Below, piece by piece: positions 13,345-26,531 of a DNA stretch of 64,000 nucleotides (position 1 is the first letter of the stretch; each line of letters begins with the position of its first letter). Origin of the DNA: Trichodelitschia bisporula (Eukaryota); NCBI GenBank assembly GCA_010356995.1, contig ML996698.1, positions 865,923-929,922 on the forward strand. Direction: 5' to 3'. The position numbers were made by a program, and so were the translations under genes. The notes below the pieces were generated by a model. The model ran no database searches, had not been told where the DNA came from, and saw only the letters and a program-made list of their open reading frames with translations.

Positions 13345-13514
13345 CCGCACGGTGAATTCCAAAAAGGCGACCAATGCTTTATGCAAAAGTGAAAGGTCAA
13401 CATGCCCTTGACCTCTCCACCTCCTCTTTGCGAACCCTTCCTCCAGCTTCGTACCTAGCCACAATTATTTCACGTTCGTCTCACGACATCGATACCGCTG
13501 TATCTGATTTCGCC

Positions 13515-14880
13515 ATGAACAAACGTTCCTCAGCCGCCTCCTGGTGGTCCTCAACGGCCTCCTCCTAGCTCAACAAACTCGCCACTCGTTGAGTTCCTGA
13601 AGGAGATCGATACCAAGGGGGCGCAACTCGCCGCGTTCTTCGATTCGAAAAAGATTCCACCGCCCGGCTTTGGACCAGATGCGCCTACATACGGGTATTA
13701 CGAAGCCATCTTCAATCACCCATTTGCCAACAACCTGCGCTACAACGTCATGACAGCATGAAGTTGCAACATCTGCTCCTGGGGCACGAAGATATCGTCC
13801 TCAGGAGCATGGGTGTTGTAAGTCACTCCCCCCCCCCCAGGGAAACATAGCAGCTAGTAACCGTCTCCAGGAGGCTTACACCCTAGGTGCACTATATACC
13901 CTATGCGGCATAAAGTCCCCAACACGGTTCCCTCGGACGGGCCCATCGCGCTCCGAGAACTCGCCTCCGAATGCTGCATAGACCGCGACGCCCTCAATAA
14001 TTGCATGAGCTTTGCACTCAGCAGTTTTTTCTTCGCCTCACCCCAAGAGGGTCATAACGCAGCGTCCCCGCCCCCTCCGCCCCCACGCAGCCGCGGCGTC
14101 GCGCCGAGCAGCTGTGGAAATTCTTAGGAGTAAGGCACTTCTCTTTCTTACCGTACCCTACTAAGCCCTCAGTCTATATATGTTCACGCCGGCCTCACCA
14201 GCACTATCCTTGTTTTTGCAGCCATGATGAAAGGGCTTTGAAATCGGCGACACCTATTTTTTCCTTCCAAAATTCTGGGACGACGTCTTCAAAGTCACAT
14301 CATAGCATCGTTTATCCAATTCGCGTCATTGTATAGCGCCATCATTACTATCTGTCGTAGTCCGCGCAGCAGGACCAACTGGGGCGTCATATGCTGGATA
14401 CTAGCCCGTTCAATGCTCCTCCGCCGCGATGGCGGCTCCGTAAGTCACTCCCGCCTTCCCAGCCGCTCCACCCGTCCCTCATTAACACCCCTAGGACGCA
14501 GTCACCTTCCCCGTCTGCGGCGTGATGCCGTGATGGACCGCATGGCCGTCGAAGCAAAAGCCAGGATGATCGGCACGCCATACGCAACTCACATCCCCAA
14601 GCCCGAGTCGCTGCTGGATAGCCGCTGGACGGACCCCGAATTCAAGGCCGTGATGATCGGGCAGCGAAGCCCGACGATTGTGCCCGAGCCGCTCGTGTCG
14701 GCCGTTAACTGGAGCCAGGTTGATTCTATGGTTGTGGTGGGCGGAGGGGTGGGCCACACGAGCGTTGTACTGACCACCCAGACCTTTTACAGACGCAGCA
14801 CCTACTGGCAATTGCATACTTCAAGGCCAGTCAGATTGACAAGGCGACTGAATTAATGGATAACGTTGTTTCGATGCAAA
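13515..14880 (+). pseudogene. Fungal secondary-metabolism-type O-methyltransferase pseudogene
   Basis: Fragments: 'LVEFLKEIDTKGAQLAAFFDSKKIPPPGFGPDAP' (OMT N-terminus), 'VPSDGPIALRELASEC...FFASPQEGHNAAS' (dimerisation region) and 'NWSQVDSMVVVGGGVGHTS' (decayed VDVGGGxG SAM motif). Stops and frameshifts separate them. Boundaries are approximate. Confidence 0.72.
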
Positions 14881-16459
14881 AGGGGACCCTTCCACTGGGA
14901 GACCGTCGCCGAGAGGTATTTCGACGGCAGGTGGTATCTAACGGGGTCACTTCTGCTGTCTCCGGTGTCAACCCACGCCTGCCCGCATTAGCATGGCAAT
15001 CGCCCTACACGGACGAAGGCACTGCCACCCACTGATATGTTGAAGCAGGAACTGAAGGATATGCAGCAGGAACAGGTCATGGCAAGCAGAAAGTACATAG
15101 CATTTGTTTGGTCACGTGGTAGGGTCATATGTATTATATAATCAGCAGTGGGGCGGAACCTACCAACAACATAACACTTCACACACACTCTCGTACTGCT
15201 CAAACACCGCTGTCGCGATACGATAAAGGGTGGAACTAGTAATGCGAGCATAAGAACGGCACGTGTGGAAATCAACGAGTGCATGTTGGAAGCGAAGACG
15301 AAAGTTGAAGAACAAGAGAGGTGAGAGACGGTACGACTCATACCGATATACAATGCAGCGTATCCTCCTTCCACGCCCGACCCATTTGTCTTCTGGTCTT
15401 GTCCTCCGTGACTTCCCCAGGTACGTATGTTTCTCCCAGGGATATCAATGCTCCTTCCTCAGTTCCTACCGACACCACAAGGCGCCATTGATATGCCAGA
15501 TATCGCCGTGAAATTTGACGACTGATGTCGTCAAAATGCTTCGACCATGATACGGGTACGTAAAGGGCTGACTATCGGGTTGACTTGCCAGTTACCATCC
15601 GGCCTTCATGCAATTCGAGTCTCTTCCTCTCTTCCTCTCCTTGTCTTTACTTCAATCTTCAGTTTGTTCAGTTGCCGTTGCACCTGTTAGCGCCTTTGCT
15701 CTAATCAGTTGTTCCCTGCCTCGATATAGCATGCCCCCACCCCCACTCAGACGTTGCCGTTTCGAACCCCACGACATCTGCATACCCCCCGCACAGCTGT
15801 CAATCCCATCACCGCAAGGCTGGTTACGCATTGCCATTCAACCGTAGCTGAGTTCTCAGCCCCTCTCGCATCGCCAAAAATTTGCATTCAGCTCACCAAC
15901 ATCTCTATCCTTAACCTTTCCCTACTGGTCCGATTCACGTTACGCGAGACACACTCATGTCTTTCGTTAAGCATGTAATTCGCCCGTATTTCGTCCAGGC
16001 CCAGCCGGGGTGATCGGCAAGCAGGCACGTCAGGCCCACCAAGTTTCAAACTGCTACCCGAAGAATTCATGTCCCCCATTTGAAAATTTCATGCCCAGCC
16101 TTTACCCACATTTTGCAGGGCGGAGAGGCAGGGACTTTCTGCTTGCGCGGCAACATCCACTTCGCCCAGCCCTCATCCCGCCCGAAGCCAGGGCCACAGG
16201 CACGCCCCGCACCCGCACCATTGGCCTAGCCCCACGCACAGACGCGCCTTGTTCGAACCTCCTCCAACGTCGCGCTGCATGGCGTTACGGGGGTGAGCTT
16301 TTGGGCTTAACGGGATGGGGTAGAAAGAGGGACGGGGCGCCGCGGCGCGCGGCGCCACGGGAGATTCTCGTGCTCTGCTTACTGCACCTCTTCTCTGTCT
16401 TCGTTGCTCGCCGCGCCGTTTACCTTCCTCGTACTCCTCTACTCGCTTCGTCTCGCGCC

Positions 16460-17333
16460 ATGGCCGACGCGCCCGAAGTCGTCGAATTCGTCCCCTCGCC
16501 TCCTGCTCCTACACCTTCCCCCTACCCACCGGAGAAGCAATCCGTCCCGCCGTCCATCGCGTCGCCCCCGCCGCCCTCGGTCGGAGCCTCGCCCTCGCCC
16601 TACCCGGACGAGAAGCAGCACGCCCCCATCGAAACCCCCGTGCCGACGTACTCAACCCTCGACGCGAACCGCTTTGACACGAAGGAAGTGGTGAGGGACG
16701 AGGCGGACGGATTGCAGGTTGTGCCCGGGCAAAACGTGTCGGCGCCTATGGAGAGGGGGCTGGATTGTGGAGGGAAGGAGATGGAGAGGGAGAGGGGGCT
16801 GCCGGGGGAGGAGAGTGGATGGATGGTCGGGTTTTGGGATTGTTTTTCTCCGGTTGGGCTGTGTGAGTTTTGAGTGTGTGAAGTGGGGGAAGGAGGTTAA
16901 TGGTGATGCAGGTATCGAGGCGTTCACCTGCCCGTGTATCCTCGCGGGCCGCACGTATCAGCGCATCCGTGACCCGGACTCAACGCACTGGCCGAGCACG
17001 AACAGCTACGTACGTCCTCCTCCCTATCAAACCTAACCCCTCTAACGCAAACAGTGCTGCGGGTGCTGCGGCCTCAGTCTCCTCACGCTCGCGGCTCTGC
17101 CGTGCTGCTGGATCATGACTGTAGCCAATCGCCGCGAGATCCGGTACAGGTACCATATCAAGGGGTCGAATAAGGCGGATTGCTTCCAGGCGACGTTGTG
17201 CTGCTGTTTGGCGCTGATTCAGGAGGAGAAGGAGACGGTGTTGAGGGAGAAGAGGAGGAAGGAGGAACAGGGGCAGGCGGGGTATGGGAGGCAGGATAGT
17301 AATATGGTGTATGCGGCGCCGGCGGAGAGGTAG
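16460..17333 (+). CDS. PLAC8-family cysteine-rich protein
   Basis: Pro-rich N-terminus, then 'WMVGFWDCF', 'CPCILAGRT', 'RREIRYRYHIKGS..DC...CCCLALIQEEKE'. Introns about 16863-16911 and 17010-17054. Confidence 0.9.
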
Positions 17334-18093
17334 GCGGGCGGAAGGGTGATGGTACTGCGCGGTTGAGCTGGTAAATGGGCTGGATGTTGGCGAAGGTTTG
17401 CGGCGATTCAGGCCGGTTGAGGGCTTCATTCTCGTCAATGTATCACTGGCGGTTTACTCTTTTATTCTACTGCATTTCCCCTCTGTCTTCCGGTACTCGC
17501 GTGTCGTGTGTGGTGTGGATAGGCGGGCGACTTGTTGTGGGGGATCGTGGTGGGTATCGACCCGGGTTGGGACTGGAGACTGTTTCCATGGCTGACTGTC
17601 ACATAGGCTGTACTGAGCTCTTCTCTCATCTCTCTCACGATACTAACAGCGTATCGATAGGCGATTTCGCCCTCGCCATAACCTTTTTCCGCGACGCTGG
17701 GAAATTCACGATGCTGGCGGCCCCGCGGTTCTTCTTTGCCTTTTCCTCCCCCACAACCTTCTCCTCCACATTTATCTTTCCAAACAGAGCACCACCGAGC
17801 AGCCGCTGATCAATTCCTTGGTTATCAAGTTTCTTTCGAACTATCTCTCACTTGCACACCGACACCATCAATCTTTTCGCTCGAGCGCCGCTCCATTCGG
17901 TCTCCAGCACATCAGACGCAAAGGGAGTATCTTCGACACCGAATTTGCAACCTCTCACCTCACTCCACCATACCCGGCAGCCAATTGCTTCGGTCTTGAA
18001 GCTAAAGCGAGGCCCGTTCACCTTTACTTCCTCTCTCTCGTTTGTGTTTCATCCGGAAATCACATCGCCAGCGAATCCTCCTGCAGCTTCACG

Positions 18094-18925
18094 ATGCTGT
18101 CGTATCTCGTCAAGGCTTGTCTTCATCTCGTATCGTCATCCTCAGTCCAGCTAACCTCCCAGAAAGACCGTGACCGCTGTGCTCCGTGTCCTTCGTCCGC
18201 GTCCTGACGCGCTGGACTTAGAAGTGAACTCGGGCTACCACGAGATCGAGCCGGAGCGCGCCGCTAACGCAGCCGCTCGTGTGATCGCGACCCCGAAGGC
18301 CATGGCCAAGTTGGTGGTCGCCATGGTAAAGTCAGTGGTCGCCATGCTCAAGTCAGTGGCCGCCAAGGTCTCGTACTTCAGCAAAACCATGTTTGCAATG
18401 GTCTATGACAACCCAGTCAACGCGGAAGCCAAGATTCGGGGCCTTCTCGAAATGCGGCATGCTTTCATCAACTCCCTGAATTCATCGGCAACTCAGCTTT
18501 CTCATGGCTGTGCCAATCGTTCGGAGCGTTACGGCAACATTACTCTCGACCTGTTGGTCTTAAACCACAACTTCCTTTCCGTGCACTACGATGACCTCCT
18601 CATCACGTTCAAAATGTTCTACGGCGTGTCGGTCGATGACGCCGAGACCATCATTCGCGACTCTCCGGAGAAGGACAAGCTGGTGTACATCCTCAATATG
18701 GTGGCACACACGGTCATCGCGCCTGCTTGGATTCAATCGGACATCGGAGCCAACATTCGCAAACTTGTCCGGCGGGCTATCTGTCAGTACCTTCGTATCG
18801 ATAACATCCCTGCCTGGCAGGTACGCGAGTCATATATTAGGTGGGAGGTGTGGATGCCGGCGGATGAGGCCATTCAGCTCTTCCGGGCTGGGCCTGACGG
18901 GCAGGGTGTGCACGGTCGCCAGTGA
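18094..18925 (+). CDS. Hypothetical (orphan) protein
   Basis: ATG CTG TC|GTATCT intron 18102-18162 (CTAAC branch point, CAG acceptor) joins in frame to the 251-codon ORF, giving MLSKTVTAVLRV... No domain recognised. Confidence 0.6.
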
Positions 18926-19979
18926 GGAGGTTGATGCAGGAGCTTGACGCAGGTTGGGATCTTTTGTGATGCTGGACGGTTTCTTATTGTCGAACCAGTG
19001 CTGGGCTTTGTTATTTCTCGGGACAGCGAGGAGTTTGGCGATGGTAAGGGCGGAAGGATACCCATGATGATCCATACTTGCGCGACTTTTTAGTGTGTTC
19101 ATAAATTCGGCTGGGAAGCGATACGGCTCGATTGAAGACGAGTGAGGCTACTTTCCTCTTTGGAGCTAGTCATCTGTATCGTTAGTACTGGACCAAATTT
19201 AGTTGATGAAGCCTCAAGCACAAGTGAAGTACACTCAGCTCAAGCTGACAAAGTATCTCGTACTGAGTGGATGTGATCCGTTCTTGTCAGTGTACCATTG
19301 TCGAAGGTATTGTAGGGGAAAGCATCAATTGAGGCAGCTCACGCAGCGACCCATCCCTACGGATATTTCGGAATACAATCGAAGTAATATGCATCCTCTT
19401 GAGCTAATACCTTCCAACTTCTTTGTCATACGAGCCTGTGTTTGCCGTCTCTGAAGCTCTCAGCCTCATGGTCACGAGCGGTGAGTTACGGCCCATTGCG
19501 CTCCAACGGGCCCAGGCTCCTGCAGATTATTTGCGTGTTTACAGTCGCTCTTGCTTTCTTGAGTCCCGCTGTTCTAACCTGGAAAGTCGCAAGACAATGA
19601 CGTCCTAGTTATCAAGGGCTTATCTGGAGGGCACGACCGAGCATGCAGGGTTTAGGTTCGCCCTTGCCAAACCGAAAGGCTGAGTCACGGGTTGTGCTTT
19701 CCCCAACCAAACTGCTTTCATCTGAGCGGACAAAACCAACGACATCCCACGACATCCAACCATCAACGACATCACTCAACAACTCCATCAGCTTCAGTAC
19801 CCTTCAATACCATCTCAAACCTGTCAAATGTTGTCTTTCACTCCATGTGGGCCTTGCATTCATAGAGCTTGATGCTTTTCCTTTACTTTTCCCTTTCGCT
19901 GATGACTGCACTGTTCGACTGCGTTCTTCGTGGGACTTCGTGAGATACAGCTCACCTGCATCATCGCCCGTCACCAACT

Positions 19980-21040
19980 ATAACCAGCCAATGCGTCAGA
20001 ACCCGGATTTAATGAAGGCTAATCATCTCACTTACCTCATGTTCCTGCGCGATTTGGCCGAGCAGCAGAAATGCCTCTGTTACGACCATATGTGCATGGA
20101 CTGAGCGGTCTATCTGCTTCGGGCATGATGAGCACACCATTGAGAGCTTTCGAAGTCCCGCAACTGCGGACGGAGTAACTCGGTATGTACTGGACACTTA
20201 TACAATGGGGATAGTGTACTAACGGAAGGAGTACGTGAAAAGCAGGCTTGACGAGCTGTCCCCCGGCTGGGCCGTCCGACGACGTGAATGACTCAGATTC
20301 TTTGATGGGCTCCTCCCAAGGCTCCTCCCAAGACTTAAACTACTTAACAGAGGACCCTGACTCTCTCGACTCGAGAATAAAGCAGGAGCAAAGCACGGTG
20401 GTCATGGCCTAGTGTTTCATCACCAAGGTCCTTTCATGCTACATGGAAGAACACGAAAAGAAAGAAATCCCATGCCTCTACAAGCTGAGGACGACTTTCA
20501 AGCATTCACGGACGCCTCCTTCGGGGATCTCCCTTCGCGGCCGACCTCTGCTCTGCTGTCATATCATCCTCCTCGCCTCGGAATCTGGGACTCAGCATGT
20601 CCGACAAACAAGCTCCGACAGTTTCCTCGTACATCTCTTCGGCGGACCAGGTATGTGGTCAGCCTCACGGCAGAACACCGTCACGACGTTAACGACAGAG
20701 GCTGAACTCCTCTCTCGCGGAGCCGGCAAAACGCCTTTGAGGAGGACGTTATCATGCTCATAGCCTTCTCTCTACTACAAAGTAGAGGAATAAGAGGCTT
20801 CAACATGTGTCATGTGGTACGGCTCGCAACTTGACGGCCTGGAGGCTGAGGCGTACTGATGTGTGCATGAGGCATGCATCGGGTCCGGGGTATCACCTGG
20901 CCCGCTTGGCCGGCTCAGGTTGTATTTATAGAGTACCTTGGAGGATTATCCTCCAAGTCAGAGCTTCACACACCATTACCATTCACAATCTACTCACGAT
21001 CTCCTTTGCATTCCACAATGCTGACAATGTACCTTGCTAC
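19980..21040 (+). mobile_element. Degenerate Ty1/Copia LTR-retrotransposon remnant
   Basis: RNase H motifs 'AFTDASFGD' (about 20500) and 'LFGGPGMWSASRQNTVTTLTTEAELLS' (20635-20715) in different frames. An LTR-like tract TGTCA...CTACA (about 20808-21040) contains TATTTATA and a 10-bp hairpin. The 5' limit is uncertain. Confidence 0.75.
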
Positions 21041-21229
21041 ATGCGGTCCATCGTGAAAGGTTGTGTAACCGGTAGCTTGTGGTACACAGGAGGAAAAACT
21101 TGGAAACAAACGCGTAGGCATCATATGAGACTCACTCAGCTTTACTCATAGCATGAAGCGCTCCGATGACGAATTGAGTGTTTGATAACATGATTCATGT
21201 AGGAGAGTTACTTGGGAGGGACCAAGTTC

Positions 21230-21530
21230 GGAGCAGTCCCACTCGTTCAACTCCTCCAGGAGCTCCAAACCGAAGGCGCAAAGCTTGATGGCTACTTCAA
21301 CGAGCACAATAAGCTACCCCTCGGCTTCGGGTTGGAAGCCCTAACCGACTATAAGGCGGTCTTCAACAATCAAGATGCCAATAACCTGCGCTACAACCTC
21401 ATTACAGCATCAAAGAAAGTTGCAGTACCTCTTAGGGCACGAAAACATTGTCCCCAGGAGCATGGACGTCGTAAGTCCCCCCCTCCCCCCAGGCAAGCCC
21501 AGCAGCAATTAATAGCGTCCAGGGAGTCTG
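21230..21530 (+). pseudogene. Second, truncated O-methyltransferase 5' fragment (paralog of 13.6-13.9 kb)
   Basis: 'PLVQLLQELQTEGAKLDGYFNEHNKLPLGFG...NNLRYNLITA' aligns with the 13.6-kb copy, including the first intron (gtaagtc...ccccc...ccagg). Confidence 0.75.
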
Positions 21531-22084
21531 CACTCGAACACCAGGTGGATGGTCCGATTCGTATCATCGACCCAGACAGCGTGCGGGAGCCGGAACCCAT
21601 CCACAGTCTGCGCGTGCCGTATCCAGACCTCTCTTCGCCTCGCATCTCGCTAGGCTCTGTGTTCTGCAGTTCGCAGTCTCTGACTCTGAGGCTCTAGGAT
21701 GGGGCTGCAGCTTTGTCCTGGTGGGGACGGGTGGCAGACAGAAATTGAAGTGGCTTACTCTCACACCTTTGTTACGAACTTCGCCGCTATCAGATTGGCC
21801 GGGCTGAGCTCCTAAAGTTCTATGACGGGATTGCCCTGCTGCGGGAGTTTCTGGGCATCAAACGCTCACATTTTTGTGAGATTGAATGGTTTTCTAGAGG
21901 GCCGTGTCATGAGAGATCCTGCTGCCTCTTGCAAGAACAAGCCTCCGTGGACGAACGCCGAATACACGCAGGAAATCAAGCCATTTGCCAACAAATCGGC
22001 CAGCGTGAAAGTTTCGGAGTCGGAAATATAGAGCCCTCGGCCAAAAGACCTCTGCCAGGGGGCAGCCACAGTCGTGGACGCGAA

Positions 22085-22222
22085 GGAGCGTGGAAGGCCT
22101 GCGAAGTTGGATACTTCCAGCCGGACATCGGCGGCAAATGGGGCACTGGTCTCATGGTCACCTCGGGCAACGGAGACTCCTACTATGGCGATATAAACCT
22201 CTTCATCGATAGGCTCTACTGA
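22085..22222 (+). mobile_element. Possible gag-like relic of a fungal LTR retrotransposon
   Basis: 'WKACEVGYFQPD...VTSGNGDSYYGDINLFIDRL' resembles the recalled motif W..E[IL]G[FY]F.P...GKD.Y[YF]RDV..FI.R of ascomycete retroelement gag-like ORFs. Confidence 0.4.
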
Positions 22223-24738
22223 GTTGCTGCAGCACGCTCCTACCGTGTACAGTGACACCTTTCACTACACCTCCAAAGAGAATGCCCGGGCTGCAGAAAG
22301 ATATCGATGAGACCATTCTTTCCTGCCAGGAATTCATTCAATCCGGGAGTCTGAGCTCGGCTGCGGCTAGCGAGGAGGAGCACTCACTATGGACGCTCGC
22401 GGAGGAGACGGATGCAATTGCAAAAGACATATCAGCATTCCTGCAACGGCTGAGTTCAACGAGCGGGGATCCTCAAAAGCGGGCTCTGGCTCCTCGTTCA
22501 AGTACCCTAGTAATTGTCTTCACAAGTGCGTTGGTATCGTCTCGGATCATGAGATGTTCAAACCTGAATCCGAAGACCCAGGACCAAGACAACATCTCAC
22601 CCTCGACGGACTGATGGGCTATATCCAGACCCCGCTCAACCGTGGAATATTCCTCCGTCTTCTAGTAAACTCTTGGGATTAATTCTGAAGGGAGGAAACG
22701 GAGGCCATTTGCCAGGCCTTGGCCGATGCAGTTGGGGTTAGATTTAACTACGTCTTCGACCGAAACATTGATATGAGCCGACCTTCATGCGGAGGGTTTA
22801 AGTTGAGGTGAGGTGGGACAGGTGCCAAGGCTTAGGGCCGGTCGCGTTTTGTGGGAAAAGCTGGGGGCGGGGCACGAGGCTGAGTGGCGAGTGTTGTACA
22901 ACGGGCGTGGGAGAAGATTTTGAGGAATTTGTGAGTGGAAGATGAACGGTAGAATATCCATTAGAGGCCGTTGAACGTCTTCAACCTCTACCCATCATTC
23001 CATGCTGGTTCCTTTCCCGCCCTGACCATTGTCGATCGCCGGTATCGCTGGTGCGGAACTTAAAAGAGGATCTGTGGTAACGTTCGAAGCGGTATCTGGG
23101 GAACGCGCGAGAGTGATAGTATTACAGCAGTTGACGGTGATACATTAACGGTCGGAAGTGCAGACACGGAGTGGGGGGCGGAGTTTAATATCTTAAGGAA
23201 TTTGACTAACTGCGACGCCGAAGAGGCATCATTGGTCCGATAGTATTCCCAGCGGTTCCTCGAAGCATCTGACGATCATTGCCGATCAGAGAATCAGCCT
23301 AACCCCATTTCACTTCCCGCTTCACTCAATGTCTTGAGGAGTATGCCAGCAAGCCGTATCACATTCAAACGGTTCCAACGCGATCATACTTCAACTCAAA
23401 ATTTACATATAAATCAAAGCTATCCTATATCAAACCCGTTAACCTTCACACCTCTTATCTTGACACCGCAAGCCAACTAAGAGGCTGCAAAGCAGCCCAC
23501 GAGGCAAGAATAGCTCACACGGCCTAGGGCTCTCCTGCGCCCCACTGCATCATCCCACCCAATCAAAAGCCCCGTGGCGCTCCTCAGCCTCCGGCCCATC
23601 CTTTTTCCACTCGCCGACTGGAATCTCCACTCCCAACCGCTTGCCTCCAAAACGCCCACCCAGCCCTTTCCCCCACGAACCAACTCATACCATATTCTTT
23701 TAGGCTTATACTCCGTAATGCCCGAACTAATTGCAGCTCAGGTCGCGATTTGGAACCCCGATGAATACGCCGCAAGTGCGGTCCGTCGACGGCTTTCGGA
23801 CCACACGGCATCGCGCCCAAGAAACCGCTGCGCCGAGGTCAACCCCTGGCCCGTGCATCCACAGCCTTCCTGCACGAAAAACGCCGAAGGATTTACTCCC
23901 CTGCATCGAGAAACAAGCGAGCGTGCAGGTTCCGCAGTATCGAATGGGGCTCAGATCCTTAGTCTCAATACTGCCGGGCGTTTTTGGAGTGAAAGTAGAC
24001 AAACTTTTGGGAGCATGATGACGGCAACGTATATGCGAAGATAAAGAGTGCAGAATCGTATGTGAAGAGGAAGACGTGGGCAGAAGAACGTGTGCGGCTG
24101 AACGGCTTGAGGCTAAGTACATGTTCTGCTAAGCTTGTGATAGGATACTTTCCCAAATGAGTATATTCGTTCCCTAGCAAGTTATATTCCTGGCCTTGTC
24201 GACAATTGCGGTGGATGTGTCGCGACCGCTCGGAGGTTGACCTTTTCGGTGCGCGGCTAAGCATTAATTACGGACCATAAGATTCGAGGGACGTTGTGAA
24301 TTGGGGAGGCTGAGAGTGGAGCGCTTGTCGTGGGTCGGGCCGTCCATATTTCAACAAGGCAAGCCTGTGACTTCATGCGGGATGCTAACGGTTAGATCAG
24401 GCCGGCACCCTTCAATACGGTACTCATGTGCGAATCTGGACAAGCGACAAGCAGCCCACGCTCATCGTATTACCCAGTTCCCATTGGCATTCCCTGTTCC
24501 TGCCACTTTTCCGCGCCGTCGTGCTCCGGATTGGCTGCGTACGTCTGTAGGTGCCTTCTGTGCAGTAACTAGTACCTTGGCCTGCATTTGGTCAGGCTGT
24601 GTGGGGGCAGAGTTGCCAACCCTGCAAGAAACCCGCCTCTGTGCTGGGGAAATGGACTAAAAGACCGACGGCCGCCATCAGCCTGACAGGCGATCCTCTC
24701 GCGAACTACTCCCCCCATTTTCACACTCGCTACTCGCC

Positions 24739-26102
24739 ATGATCTTACTAGCTCCTGTTATCGGGGTCCTCGCGATCGCCGTGATGGTACGCGCTTCCGG
24801 AGTCACCAGGCTCGAGGACCGGCAGGTCGCTGCCGCCACTACCACCACCACCTCCACCTCCACAAGGACCCAAGGGCAGCCCTTCACAACAGTCAAGAAC
24901 AACAACAGACCCGGCTACGTCGAATTCGACACCAATTTTACCTCTGTCACGCTTCTCGGTACCTGGGGAATATCGAATGACTACTGGGTCGCGTACTTCA
25001 CGTCGACCATGGGCTGGTCAAGCGGCATCGCGCCGCTAACAACGAGATTCACCCCCCCCACCTCATGCGCGACGGAGTATATCATCCGCGAAACTGCCCC
25101 AGCTGTGACCTACGTCTTTGTCGGCAGCACCTCATCTTGCTACCCGCCAGGCTACCTCTCCATCACATACTACTCCCCCGGTATCTGCCCAATTGGGTAT
25201 ACGATCGCCGAATCGAGCACGCAGACAGTCTTCAACCGCCCTATCACCGAAACCCAAGCCTATTGCTGTCCCACGTACGTCTCTCTACCTTATTCCCCCA
25301 TCCACACCTAACCGTAGATATAGTGGCTATGGCGTCCGACCCGACTCCTTAACCCCTAGCTCCTCCGGCTGCTTTTCCTCTATCAACTTTCCCGACGCCA
25401 CATCAACAAAAGTCTCATGGTCCGTCCCCGCACTCTTTCGCTCCTATTACACCCCCAGCCCGAGCCAAGGTACACCGTACTCGGCCATACGCACGGCAAT
25501 GAGCGGCACGGGCCCAGTACAATTTGTTGTAACCCCCGTGTCCATCCGCTGGCAAGCGACCGATAAAGCCGTTATGGACTGGCTTTCCACGACTATGAGC
25601 TCTGGTAGGAATAGCAACTCGACCGACGCTACCCCCACCAGCGCGCTAGCCCACAACACCGGCCTCAATACCGGTGCCCTCGTCGGGGCCATAATCGGCG
25701 GACTCGCGGTGTTTGGGCTCATTATCGCGGGAGCGATAGTTTTCCTCGTGCGGCGGCGTGGAGGACAGCCAGTACCATCTCGTTAGTTTCTTCCCACATC
25801 GAAGACGTCTTGTCTAATGCAGAGCAGGAGACCCAGAATTCGAGCATGCGTCCCCGGCTCCGGCCCCCTACCATGACAGCCAGGGAATGTACTCCGTGCA
25901 CGGCGCCTCGAAATATGAGCTCGATGCGCAGCAGGCCGCGCGGGCGGGGGTGGCTCACGAGCTTGCGGCTCAGCAACAGGAGGGTACACCGATGCTGTCC
26001 ACTGGGTATTCGCCCAACGCGCCGTACTCGCGCTCGCATTCTTCGCTAGCAAGGGATAGGCTGGATAGGGAGGGCGAGAGACCGAGAGATGCGCCGAATT
26101 GA
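24739..26102 (+). CDS. Signal-peptide, Ser/Thr-rich, Cys-motif single-pass membrane protein
   Basis: Signal peptide, 'PLTTRFTPPTSC', 'CYPPGY...YYSPGICPIGY...AYCCPTGY', TM 'GALVGAIIGGLAVFGLIIAGAIVFLV-RRR', cytosolic 'YELDAQ'. Introns 25275-25323 and 25782-25827. Confidence 0.85.
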
Positions 26103-26531
26103 GTGTCGCTGGTATCTCGGTTATACAACATGGGATGCGTGCCAGCAACCGCGGCAAAAGGCGCGGTGTTGCAACCATGGCGGATGCGGCTTTGTGGATC
26201 ACTCTCGTCACATTTTCCCGTTCTGCCTCTGTGATAACTTGCTATCACGTCGAACGGCAAGCGTTCTAGATCCGGGTGTAACCCTAGACATGCAAGCCCG
26301 GTCCGAGTAAGCACTCGGCTTCCGCGGTCTCATCCAGTAAGGTATGGCCAGCACGACTGGCTATTAATGTCCCCGATGCTTTCAGCACCAGCATCACCCG
26401 TAACACCACCGCCCTGGTCGCCTGCTTCCGAGGCATCTCTCTCATCGCCCACAATACAACCGCGACCTTCTGGCCACTTTACCCTCGGCCACCACCATCG
26501 CACACCCCCCCTCCCTCACTCCAGCGGAACA

